Shown here in pieces: positions 45,145 to 56,109 of a DNA stretch of 64,000 nt (position 1 is the stretch's first letter; each line of letters opens with the position of its first letter). The DNA is taken from NCBI GenBank assembly GCA_905178155.1, contig CAJINV010000004.1, positions 11,368,542 through 11,432,541 of the forward strand, given 5' to 3'. Both the position numbers and the translations under genes were made by a program. The DNA comes from Amoebophrya sp. A120. Its lineage: Eukaryota > Protista > Dinoflagellata. Under the pieces are notes generated by a model that was given only the letters and a program-made list of their open reading frames with translations, had not been told where the DNA came from and searched no databases.

Positions 45145-47334
45145 TCATGGCGGATTCCACTCGGGAACGTCTTCCTTCTCCACCAGCCTGTCGATCTCGA
45201 TTTCCATTTTCTCTACCGCCTCCTCATTTTCGAAGTCCTCGGCAATAACTTCCTCCACAGTGAGGCTTCCGACTTTCTCCAGAATCTCGCTGCCTTCCGC
45301 TTGCTCCCTGACAAACTCCCGCATTTCCTTTGTCCTAAAACCCAACAGCAGCGAGCCACTCAGCACGTTCAGCTTGTAGTGCTTGCCCTCGATCAGATTG
45401 AAATCTTTCTGCATCTTGTCGTTCAATTCGATGGAAGCGGTGAACAGCGCCCGGCGGTTGGTTTTCCCGAAATTCAGCTCCAACATCTGGTGCTGTGGTG
45501 AATCTTCATCTTGTTCGTCTTGCATTTCATTATCTTCCCCTCCGACACCTTCGACATTGTCCTGCTCCGCTTGGATGGCAAAGGGGTCAAACTTCATCGA
45601 GTGTTTAATATTATCTGTGTGCGGGTCTTCTACTCTGGGCGGTAACTCTGGTCCCGGCAGTGCTGGAGCGGCACCAGAGACTTCTGCGGGTTGCTGCTCG
45701 TCCCGTCCAGCACCAGGAGTCGGGGGTTCTTTTATCGTTGTTTCGATTTTTACAGCAGCCGCCACAGCACCTATGGAGGACGTAGCGGATGCAATCTTCT
45801 GCGACGTGGCCTGATCTTTTTGTTCCGTAGCTGGGGATTCAGCGACCCGTGTTTGCGGTTTTTCCTCTTGCTCGAAAAGTTGTGGCTTTTCATCTCCTGC
45901 TGGTGCTTGCTGTTCTTCCAGAAAACCGTCTACAGCGCCCACTTTGTTCACTTCCATCCCCAGAACATCCTCTCCGTCCTGGTCCGCCTGTGGCATTGCT
46001 ACGTCTTTGGTACTACCGGCACGACCACGCTCGAGAAAAGGCGCAACAGCCGCACCACTTGGCACTCCCGGAGAAGAGGTGGAGCCAACTTCTTGCCCCA
46101 TCGGAACGTCATCATCCGCAAGCGGCACCGCCTTTATTTCTCGCTTTGGCATGGCCTCGCCTGGAGTTCTGGAGCCATTTTGAAGCCTGTATGTCTGACC
46201 ATGTTGTTCATCTGCCGGCGCCATTTCGACATCTGAGTCGACGTCTTTTTGTGACTTGGTACTGCCATCCACAACACCAACTTGCGCCACATTGAGCGAT
46301 GTTGTTTCCGCCTTTGCTGGGAGCGACACGCCCTCGAACTTATCCCGGATGTTCTTCAGTGTGACCACATTAGAGGTGTCACATTCTTTTTGCTGGTCTG
46401 CGACAAGAACAGCCGTCGTGGAGGGCTGCATCTCCACTAGTACTTTCGCGCACGGAAAAATAAGCCCCGACGGCTCTTCTGGGTGGTGGTCCTGTGGATG
46501 CAATGTGGTCGCCGTGAACGGGCGTGGTGGCTCATCATCATCTTGCTGCTGCAAAAATAAAGTAGCCTTGTCGTTCTCTCCGACGTCCTCCGGGGGAGAC
46601 AAGTGATCATCTTCATCTTTTTCATCTCGCCCGCATGCTAACTCCTCGCGCCGCTCTGGCCGTCTGACGACCTGGCTATCGTGCTGCACACTGGGATTTG
46701 AATTGTTGTCGCACGTCCCCACGTCCACGCCAACTGGTTGCTGGAATACTGGTGTCGCCGTCGTACAACTTCTACCCCAATCATTTTGATGTTCCTCTGG
46801 TCGTTTAGTATGCGTCGATTCTTGGAGCAGGACTTCTGTATCTTCTTGTCCCGGCGCTCGTCCTCCCCAATCCTCGTTTATTCCGACATGATGATTCTCC
46901 GCGCCGCCCGCTTGGTGGTCCCAGTCCCCCGCACCCCAACAAGTACTTCTTCTAGATCCCGCAGTCGTGGTCTCCACCGCAAGCTGCAAGTCCACCCCAA
47001 CATCCCACCCGTCGTCCTCTCCTGTAGCAACTGGTGCGGCAGGCGGCTCGAGATCATCTCCCCAAGTGGAGTAAGCACCATCGTTGTTTTCCGCCGTAGA
47101 GGTCGCCCAATTCTCCTCCCGGGGGAGGGTACTACTACCCCAAGCAGAACTACCGTTGCCGACGACCATTCCCCAAGAATCCTCGGGAGCTCCTTCTATG
47201 CGGTTCGGCTCGCCCCACGAGCAGTCCCCGCCTGGTCCGCCGGGAAGAGTCGGCGGCTGGATTTCGTCCCAGGATTCATTCTCAACCGTGGGGGAGACCA
47301 GCGGGATCGGCGGTGGAAGCTCGTCCCAGGACAT
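45145..47334 (-). CDS. Acidic low-complexity protein with N-terminal WG/WD repeats
   Basis: Intronless 729-aa ORF with SWG, AWG, TWG, GWD, CWG and DWG motifs in the first 190 aa. Confidence 0.75.
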   Translation of the reverse strand: MSWDELPPPIPLVSPTVENESWDEIQPPTLPGGPGGDCSWGEPNRIEGAPEDSWGMVVGNGSSAWGSSTLPREENWATSTAENNDGAYSTWGDDLEPPAAPVATGEDDGWDVGVDLQLAVETTTAGSRRSTCWGAGDWDHQAGGAENHHVGINEDWGGRAPGQEDTEVLLQESTHTKRPEEHQNDWGRSCTTATPVFQQPVGVDVGTCDNNSNPSVQHDSQVVRRPERREELACGRDEKDEDDHLSPPEDVGENDKATLFLQQQDDDEPPRPFTATTLHPQDHHPEEPSGLIFPCAKVLVEMQPSTTAVLVADQQKECDTSNVVTLKNIRDKFEGVSLPAKAETTSLNVAQVGVVDGSTKSQKDVDSDVEMAPADEQHGQTYRLQNGSRTPGEAMPKREIKAVPLADDDVPMGQEVGSTSSPGVPSGAAVAPFLERGRAGSTKDVAMPQADQDGEDVLGMEVNKVGAVDGFLEEQQAPAGDEKPQLFEQEEKPQTRVAESPATEQKDQATSQKIASATSSIGAVAAAVKIETTIKEPPTPGAGRDEQQPAEVSGAAPALPGPELPPRVEDPHTDNIKHSMKFDPFAIQAEQDNVEGVGGEDNEMQDEQDEDSPQHQMLELNFGKTNRRALFTASIELNDKMQKDFNLIEGKHYKLNVLSGSLLLGFRTKEMREFVREQAEGSEILEKVGSLTVEEVIAEDFENEEAVEKMEIEIDRLVEKEDVPEWNPP

Positions 47335-48326
47335 GGTACTGTGGGCTGAATCTAGAGCGAATCAACATCAAAACCGGGTATTTATTACGTAGCCACGTGC
47401 GCAGGCAAGCGCGACTTGAAAAAAAAAGACAACTAGCACAGCTAAGGAAATGGAAGTACCTGCTGACAACAATACCTGCTGAGAATTCCGCCGCGATACA
47501 GTGCTTGGAAAGCCCAGGTACACAAGTGTGGATGTTATCCTTCAGTTTGTCACAGCTACTTTGCACCAGCTACTTGAATGCAGAACCACTGAATCTACCA
47601 AGCGAAAACTTCGAAACAAAACCCAAATCACCCAGACACGACCGAACCTAAAATTGCCCCTAAAACCCCGCCACTAAAAGACCGAATTGGCTTCGCCCGT
47701 GCAACCCGTGGGTTCAAGCATCTAATAACGCCGATAATTCTTGTTCATCCCGAAAGCAGGTGGAAATGACACGAGCATGGATGTGTAAAGGTGGTCCGAA
47801 GCAACGAAGCGTGTCCCTGTTTCAACTCCATGTGCATACGACCCCCGCCATGCAGAAGATACAACGCAAGTACTACAACTGTCGCAAAGAGATATATTTA
47901 TAGAAGCAGTTGCTTCTTGTTGTATTTGCGAGTGCATCATGTCTTTCTTCTTTCTCTGCAACTTAACGAGTGGTTGTATACACAGTTGTTCCTCCAACGT
48001 TAATTTCTAAAAATGTACAAAGAGTCCTTTGTGATCAATTTAGTGTACGTATGAACTTGTTACTATCTTCATGCACGTGCGTTGGTAAATTTCGATAAAA
48101 TTTCAATTTTTTCTTCTGAAGTGTAAAAAATGAAACCACCTTCCTACGAGTCCCGCTCCGACCCGCTCTTGTCACCGTCGTCCGCATATGCACCGCAAAA
48201 GTGTCACTGCCACTATGCAAAGATTTTTGTCTCTCTGATCATGACCCCGAGAAGCAAGGAAGTGTATGCATCGCGTTTGTTGAAAAAGCCGGTAGTTTTT
48301 CCGCAGTAGGAGTAAGTACTGTAATA

Positions 48327-49797
48327 TTAACCTTCATCCATGCTAAATGAAATCCCTGAAAACGACACTTTTGCTTGGCATACCGCGTTGCTGCTTTCCT
48401 CACACAGGTCCTCTGTACTGGCGACACTGAGCTTCGACCTTTTCTGTTTCTCCGCAGTAGTACTCGCACCAGATTGATGAGCAGTCCGACGTCCTCCGTG
48501 AAACGCGTCTGGTAGATGCAGCTTCTCGCCTCCGCAACTAGCATGATCTCCACTACTGCTAAGAAGTTCAATCAACCGCGCCTCCGCGTTTCGATCACAG
48601 AAGACCACTTGCTGTCCGAAGTGCTGGCCGAGCTGGAGTTGTGATGATCTTGGTCCACCGGGAGCGGATGTCGTGTCATCTCTGCTTTTTCTATTTCTCC
48701 GCAGTAAGAGAAGAAAGTTGACCTCGGGTCTTGTACTCCTGCTGTAGTTGAAACAACCCGTTTTTATTCCCCAGGGAGACGAAGCAGCTCCGCAATGTAG
48801 TCCTTGCAACAACTCCTCCTCCGCTGTTCGTCCGCTTCTTTCACGGCCACAAGTAGAAACCACAAGGTCACTGAGCGGCTCCCGCAAGATGTGACTTCCG
48901 TCGTCGTGCCGAAAGAATTATCAAATGCAAAAGTGTCTGAGTCTGGAAGGATGCAACTTGTGATGCGCATTTCAGAACAGAGAGAGCTCTCTCATGCATG
49001 GGTAGCAAAAGCTGCCCACTTTCTGTCACCGAATAATTGGGGGATTTGTCATGCGGATTCGGCATTACGGAAGCTTCTCGAAACCTGTAATGCTAGAGCT
49101 TCCTTGCCAGACCTTCTGTGTCATGCAAAAACAGCATGACTCTTCCAGACCCAGACATTTTTACATTTGATAAGAATTGAGTGGCTTCCGCTTCGGAGAA
49201 GGAAATCCCGAGAACACTGCCAAATTGCTGGAACTTTTCCTGCAGAGGGGAGGCTCTGGTGCCTACGACCTGGACAACGTACACGTTGTCCGTCGTTACC
49301 ATGTAGTAGCAATTGCCACACCGCTCCGCGTCTCCGTAGGTTTCCACTGCTTCAACCAGATTCGCGATCAGATGCAGAAGACAGGACGCGAAGATGACCA
49401 GCACAACCGCCGTTTGGTCGCGAGAGAGCTGGCAGTGGAAAAAACCAGCTTCGACTTCTTCGAGCCTTTTTCTGGAAGTGATATCTTCACTTCTCCAACC
49501 GCCCCAGTAGATTAGTACTGCTGCAGACACCGCCGTACACACGGCGGCGAGGGCGGAAACTGCGAGGGAGTTCGCTTTCTGCTTTTCGAGCAGTTTCATG
49601 TTTTCTTCTCCAAAACGCCAGATGGTCTTGATCTTCTCCTCTTGCGTGTTAGTGTTCGTGTGCTGTCCTTCAGAGATAGCATTTTCTCTGCATTTGTCCT
49701 TTTTTGTCTGCAAATACGCGTTGAAAAAAGCGGTCCACAGGAGGGCATCCTCCCCTGTAGCGCCGGAGAGCAGCAGCTCGGTAGAGGACATCGACAT
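48327..49797 (-). CDS. Hypothetical membrane protein (two hydrophobic segments), 2 exons
   Basis: Removing 48919-49172 plus 5 nt fuses ORF 49093-49797 to ORF 48327-48887 (ATQFFRHDDGSHILREPL). Confidence 0.7.
48919..49172. mobile_element. Family A intronic element
   Basis: Exact DR agaat. Confidence 0.92.
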
Positions 49798-50799
49798 GGT
49801 TTTTGAGTTACGTGCCTATAATAAAATCCACCATATTTGTTCTATCTTCTGTAAACACTGAACGCCAAACAGAAGGCGGCACTTAAATAATGTCACACAG
49901 CACCATTTTGTTGTTGCCACACCGGACTACATCCGTCGGAAGAAGTAAATGAGCTTGTACTGGTACGCGACACGACATAAGTAATTAAAGCCGCTGCGAA
50001 AGTAAAGGCAAAATAAACGTACAGGCTAAGAAGAAAATGAAAAACTAGATCTTTGTGCGACGATAATTCTTGCCGTTCTTGGTTTCCGACGATAATTCTA
50101 TACCCAGATTCTGAATACTAGGCAGAAGACCGCCGCGACGAATACAATAAACAGACGACTGTGCGGCGCTGCACCCCCTGTGCGGTACAAGATCAACATC
50201 GCCTTCCACACCCAAACGACAGTTTTTGCATGACCCTTAGGCAGTGCGCCATAAGAACTACGACCTAGCGACCCCTAAGGGCGCGAGCATGATCCCAGTT
50301 ATTTTCATTTACTTAGACTGATCAAGCCTACGGCAAATCGTCCACACGAAAAATCGTCCACACGACCGATGAAGGTGAAGCACGCGTACGAATAGGAATT
50401 ATACCACGGACGTCGTACCACGAATATTTATTATTTATGTAACACCACGCACTGACACAAAAAAAAAACTTCAGGCCTCATAGTCCTCGTCATGACGTCG
50501 TACTTATTTTCAAACGAAAGCTGGAAAATCTTTCGATACCGGTATCTCTTAAGTGAAAAATCTCCACCATGACGAGGGCATCTAGAAAAACAAAACGCCC
50601 CGAAATGGATGCGCAAACTTCGTGGTAGACGATCAATATAGGTCCTGCTTAGCATTGGCGTTCAACACTGCTACGAAATAGCTCAGGATCCATCAGAAAG
50701 TCGAACTTCAAAAACAAAGGGTACGGGGGAAAAAGAAAAAATAAGCCCGAAATCATGACTACTAGGTAGGAGATGATCAAAATATTTTTGCGTTCTAGC

Positions 50800-53700
50800 T
50801 CAGTCCGCTTTTAACCTCGAAAATGTGATTCGAGTATCTATATCGCGGCAGTACGGAACGAGCAGCAAAAGAATAACGATAGCGGCCGAAAACATAAACA
50901 TGAGAAGGAAATAAAACGAGGAGCTGCTAAGTATACGTCTTCTCATTTGGGTAGAAACTCCTCTTCATCGTCCGACCTACTCCGTCTTTCCGAACATGCC
51001 TTGCAAAACTTTGTTCTTCTTCAGTGCCTCCTGTTCTGGCGTCAGCTCCGTGGTCATCTCAATGCTTGTACTCCCCCCCGGAGCCCCCGAGCCTGTGCTC
51101 ACGCCCCCTCCGTCTGACGCACCACCCCCGCCTCCCTCTGGCGTCGTCTTCGACGAAGCTTGTTGTTTCAGCTTACTCATCGTCCGTCCCCACAGGCTCG
51201 CGCCGCGCGACATAAAGCCCTGCGCCTTCCCGGAAGCTGCGCCGAGATTGCCGCGGGAATTCGACTCCTTCAGCAACTTCGTTTGTTGCTCCAGCAATTC
51301 GGTCTGGTGGTGCTTTTCTTGTTCCTCCGCCTTGTCGTGGCGCCACACCTCGAACCGGGTCAGCGCGATGATAAAAACCAGAATTGCGACGGCGATGTAG
51401 AACAACACCATCAGGTAATTCGACAACCAGGTTGATTCCTCCCCCTTCGGCAGGTGCTCCTCCGCCATCAACAAGAACACCACGAGAGCAAGCATCAGTG
51501 TGACCATGTAGCCCACCCGTTCCCCGCTCTGCCACGGGATGAAGGGGGCGAGGAGCAGCATCATCAGCAACAGAATCACACCCGGGACGACGAAAGTCGC
51601 CGTGTAGACCTTCGACTGCCGCTCGGCCTCTAACGAAAAGTGGAACGTCTCGTACGGGAAAGGGCAGCAGTTCCAGAGCTTGGAGACCAAATACCCTTTT
51701 GTTCTCGCGATTTTCCACTCCGAATTGACCATCACCTCCTGCGCGTTGATGTCCACGCCGGATGTGAAGTCGTCATTTGGTGCGGAGGTGTCGTAGGGCA
51801 GCAGCTTTAGGGCGCCGGCGTCGTAGCCCCAGCTGCCCATCTTGTACTCGCAGGTTTGCGTGTCGTAGGGAAAATCGGCCAGCTTGAAGTTGCACAGTGC
51901 CTGCGGTTTGATACAACAAAAATCTCTATATGTACGTACGACAACATCATTCAAGAAAGCGTACAACATGGCAAGGAGATATTTTTCCGACACCATCGTG
52001 ATAGCTGCGGCGACTTCTGAAACGAAAAAAGAAAAACGTTCACGACACAGGCATAAGTAAATGAAGCAAACCTCAGTACCTTCGTCATCCCCGGTCGACT
52101 CCAGATCACAAGCCCGCTGCGGTACAAGCTCGCTTGGCTCTGCACGAGGTTGTCGAACGGTTTTTCCGCGGTGTTGTACAGTAACAGGTCCTATCAAATG
52201 CAAAAATGTCTGGGTCTGGAAGAATGCAACTCTGGAACTTGTGATGCTGCCTTTGGATTCTTATGGCGATGGCAGAAACTTTTTGCTCCAAAACTTTTTT
52301 TTTTTTGGGCATGCAATTCATTCATCATGAAAACCAGACACCTTCTGGGCGGTGAATATTCCGCGCATGAGCAGGGCGGCTTTTTCTGTAGGCTGAGCTA
52401 GCTAGTCTGAATACAGGCACAAGGCCCGCCGGCCCGTCGGCTGCGTCACGGATTCGCCCTGAGCCCTTTGGCCTCGAGGTGCGTGACAGCTAGGTCCCCT
52501 GCCGCGGCCTTGGCGTATCGAGAACTAGTTCAGGATTTGGCAGCGCAATGCTGACTGTTCGCACAAGAGCGGCAATCTCAAACGAGCATGGCCAGGGGGC
52601 CTGGCGTGCCATAGCTTCCAAAGTACTCTGCGAGGCACAGACAGTGTAGGCGTACAGAGCCAATAAAGTCGCCCAGTTTATTCCGGGCCCGATTGTGTAA
52701 AGCCCGTCCTTGCGGGGTTCGCGTGATCATTTTTCCTGACATTGCTTTTGAAAAGCTGCAAACTTGCGGAAGCAAAAAGAGGGCTCGGGCCCCCCCTTGA
52801 GGGGGGGGGGGTTTGGGGGACCCCCCTTCGTGGAGATACCAATGGGGAGCACCCTTCTGAGAAGACCCAAAAAGGGGGGGGGGTTTGGGGGTGCCTCTGG
52901 GGGTACCCCTTGAAAGCTTTTGCTTGCTTCCGGAGACACAAGATTCTTTTGCTCTTTGCAAAGCAACCGGGGCTGAAAAGGGCTGGCCCGAGACCAAAAC
53001 CCGAAGTCGCTGCGTATCCGCGGCGGCTAAGTCGTCGGCGCCGTCGCGCTTAGCTTTCAACTGTTTGACAGCCGAGTATGACCACATTTTTTGCCTGCCG
53101 GGGCACGGGCCGGCTGTTTGCCACGGACCGCGGCACAAACGGCCACGGTTTGGCTGCGTATTTCTTTTATTCGACCAGTGCCATCCCATGCGGTGGCTAT
53201 CCGGCTCCTGCGCATGCCGTCACGGACCAATTCCGGGACGCAACCGCCGGCGAAGTTTTCCTTGTTTCTGCTTACAGGCTAACGAGCTTCAGAGAGGCAC
53301 AAAGCCGGCGCGCTCATGCGTGAGATATTTGCCGCTGAGAAGATGGCTACTTTTCGCGCTGGGTGATTCGCATGCCCAAAAAAAAAAAAGTTTTGAAGCA
53401 AAAAGTTTCTGCCATCGCCATAATTCTCAAAAAATCTGTATTGCATGAGCAGCCAAGGGAACGCGTTTTTTGCTACGCGAAGAGGGCATTTGCCATGCGG
53501 AATAGGCATCAACAACTCCTCAAAGAATCTGTGACGCTAGGGCATGCATCACAGACATCATGGCTCATACAAAACGCGCATGACAAGTCTCAGAATCTTC
53601 CAGACCCAGACATTTCTACATTTGATAGGTCCGGCACCCAGACCGACCGGCCCTGAATCGGGTCGGTGGGTACGGAGATCATCGCAGGCGTTTCCACCTG

Positions 53701-54805
53701 CCGGGTCACCAGTGTATACCCCAGCGACTGCAGTACCGTGGCGTCCTCTTCGTTCACGATCTTGAACGAGTTCGGGTCACCGCTGGCGATCAAATCTGGC
53801 GTCCCCATCACGGTGGTGACGTTCAGGAACTGCGGGTAGACCAGGCGGTGGTCCGTCCATTTCTGCCGCAGCCAGATCGCGATCCGGATGGTGCCGTCGA
53901 GTTGGTCCAAGTTCTCCAGCGCTTGCACGTAGATCTGGATCCGCACGTTGGTCGCGGGCACGGAGGGGAGGGTAAAGTTCCCCGAGGAAGTCCGGATGTC
54001 GTTCAGCGCCAGCTGGTCGATCGGCCGGGAGTCGGCTTGGTACCCCTTGAAAAGGTATCAAATGTAAAAATGTCTGGGTCTGGAAGAATGCAACTTGTCA
54101 TGCTAAATCCGAATCATGCAGAAATCTGTGTTGCATGAGTGCCAAAAGCTGTCTCCTTTTGACCAAGTTGAGAGGGAGTTTCTCATGCAGGAAAGGCATG
54201 ATAGAGCCCTAAAAGAATCTGTCATGCTGGGTCTCGCATTCCAGACCTCATGGGTCATGGAAAACCTGCATCACAAATCTCGTATTCTTCCAGACCCAGA
54301 CATTTTTACATTTGATAAAAGGTTCGCCTTCAAAACCTCCTCGGCGGTGAGCGACCGCCGCGTCTCCGCCTATGAAAAGGAAAAATCCCCCCTCCCCATA
54401 TCAAAAGGGAAGTCTGTGATGCTGGATTTGCGTACACAAATCAGATTTGTATTGCAGGAAGGCACTGCGGCCAGATCCCCAGGTTAGGGAGGGGCGTATG
54501 GATCTAGTTGGTCAGCATTGCAAACGGCTGACCTTTAGACCCAACAGCATGACCAATCGCTTCCATAATGGGGCGGAAGCTTCTGCCCTTGTCTTCTTGC
54601 AAGACAAATGTGATTTGTGACCTCAAGTCAGCAACAGAAATTTTCGGAAAGATACCTTTTCGATATGGGGAGGGGGGATTTTTCCTCTCAATACCGCCGG
54701 GTGAGTGTACTGCGCGGCGGCAGACTGGGTCTGCTCGTTGTGGACGAGACTCAGGAAGAAGAGCGAAGAGGCTAAACGCCTCCGCGCGATCTTCCAGGAG
54801 GACAT
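50800..54805 (-). CDS. Pentameric ligand-gated ion channel, nicotinic acetylcholine receptor alpha-like
   Basis: Reconstructed EEVLKANLFKGYQADSRP, WLRQKWTDHRL, WVPDLLLYNTA, Cys-loop CNFKLADFPYDTQTC, vicinal CC in WNCCPFPY, GERVGYMVTLMLAL (M2). Three TAT..ATA introns, a GT-AG intron at 51901-52079, and a probable 54-nt GT-AG intron at 50927-50980 before M4. Confidence 0.92.
52192..53627. mobile_element. Family A intronic element hosting a nested element
   Basis: Exact DR ggtcc; join WVPDLLLYN. Confidence 0.95.
52262..53422. mobile_element. Family C element nested in a family A element
   Basis: About 53-bp TIR TATGGCGATGGCAGAAACTTTTTGCT...; exact DR attct. Confidence 0.94.
54056..54317. mobile_element. 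Family A intronic element
   Basis: Perfect 34-bp TIR; exact DR aaagg; join NLFKGY. Confidence 0.95.
54371..54693. mobile_element. Family B intronic element
   Basis: Exact DR ccgcc; join HPAETRR. Confidence 0.93.
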
Positions 54806-56109
54806 AGTGGTTTCTGGGATAGTAGGGTTGGGGATTCAAAAACAGCTCAACATTCCAACATATTACGTATGATTGGTTTTTAAGATGCTACGCGCGATTT
54901 GGTCGCGCCTGCAGGTATAGGAGAGCTACAAATGAGGAAATTTGTATGTAATTGTATGAATAGCTGGTTCTGGGAGGTCCTGGAAGAAGTGGAAAGATAG
55001 ATAAATGCTCAGAGTCCCAAGAACAAATTGTAGGACGATTGCACGAGCACGAGCTGCACGGACTGCACGATTGCAATTTTTAGGCACGAGTACCGAAGAT
55101 GCTTGTTGTGTTTCGCACGAAGTGGAACCAACCGAGAGTGGAGCAGCACTTAGGAGGAACGAACGTGACTGACTTCGCAGCGTCTACGGCTGTCGGACTT
55201 TACGCTTCAATGAATAGGGTCAGAGTCAGTACCGAGGGCAAAAGATCTTGACCAACCGACACAGCAAGTACCACAGCGTCCAGGTAATATCAAATATATT
55301 CTGTCAGTCTTCCATTTGTCATGAAACCCGAAACGGAAATTCAAGAACAGACAAGACCATTCTCACACAAATTCAATCATGCAGCTTGTCAAGAGGACGG
55401 TACTTATCCAACATACTTGAAACGCGACTGACTCGGTCTTGTTCTCGTACGGTGAACACAGCAACCTCCCTGTCAGTTCACAACTTGTTGCAGTCGAACA
55501 GTGTTACACTGCGGTTGACTTTGTGAATTTTCGATATCATGAAGCCCCAGGCCCCGTCCAGATCCAGTGTGGCATTGATGTTGGTGAGAAACTATGGTAT
55601 GGGTTATTCATGCGTCGCTCCAATCAAAATACACGGTGAAAGAAACAGGATATATTTCCCAAAATACTACTTGAAGCCTTTGCCACAACTTGCTTCGCTG
55701 TCGCCATAGTACGAGTACGACTAACGTATCTGCTTGTACATGAGAGACATACGTGGTGGTCTCTCTCCTTCAATTTCAAACAATGAATTTGTACAGTACT
55801 CTTGGCAAACGTACTTACCCATTATAATGTTCAAAGCCAAACCACCTCGAAAAATCAGGTATCCTGACACACTTGCCATTCTGCCCCCCGTCAAACGCGC
55901 TGACGCAACAGCAAAAAATATCTACGATAGGAAAACTCGGTCGATTTGCATGGGTAGAGAGAATTAAGTAACACGAAACGGGTTGAAAGATCAGCAGGCC
56001 AACAACTGATCAAGTCTTATGAGTTTGCGTCATAGGCATAGGGTAAGTAAAATACGTAAAGAAACACGCGCTGCTGCAAAGCTACGTTACCGTGAGGCGA
56101 AGGTCTCCA

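Noticed and set aside
52578-53448. Transposase ORF in the family C element
   Set aside because: The ORFs are short and low-complexity with no DDE-like motif.
17280-54317. Recurrent ~30-bp repeats as a CRISPR array
   Set aside because: They are inverted pairs about 250 bp apart, dispersed in exons, with no regular spacers or cas genes.
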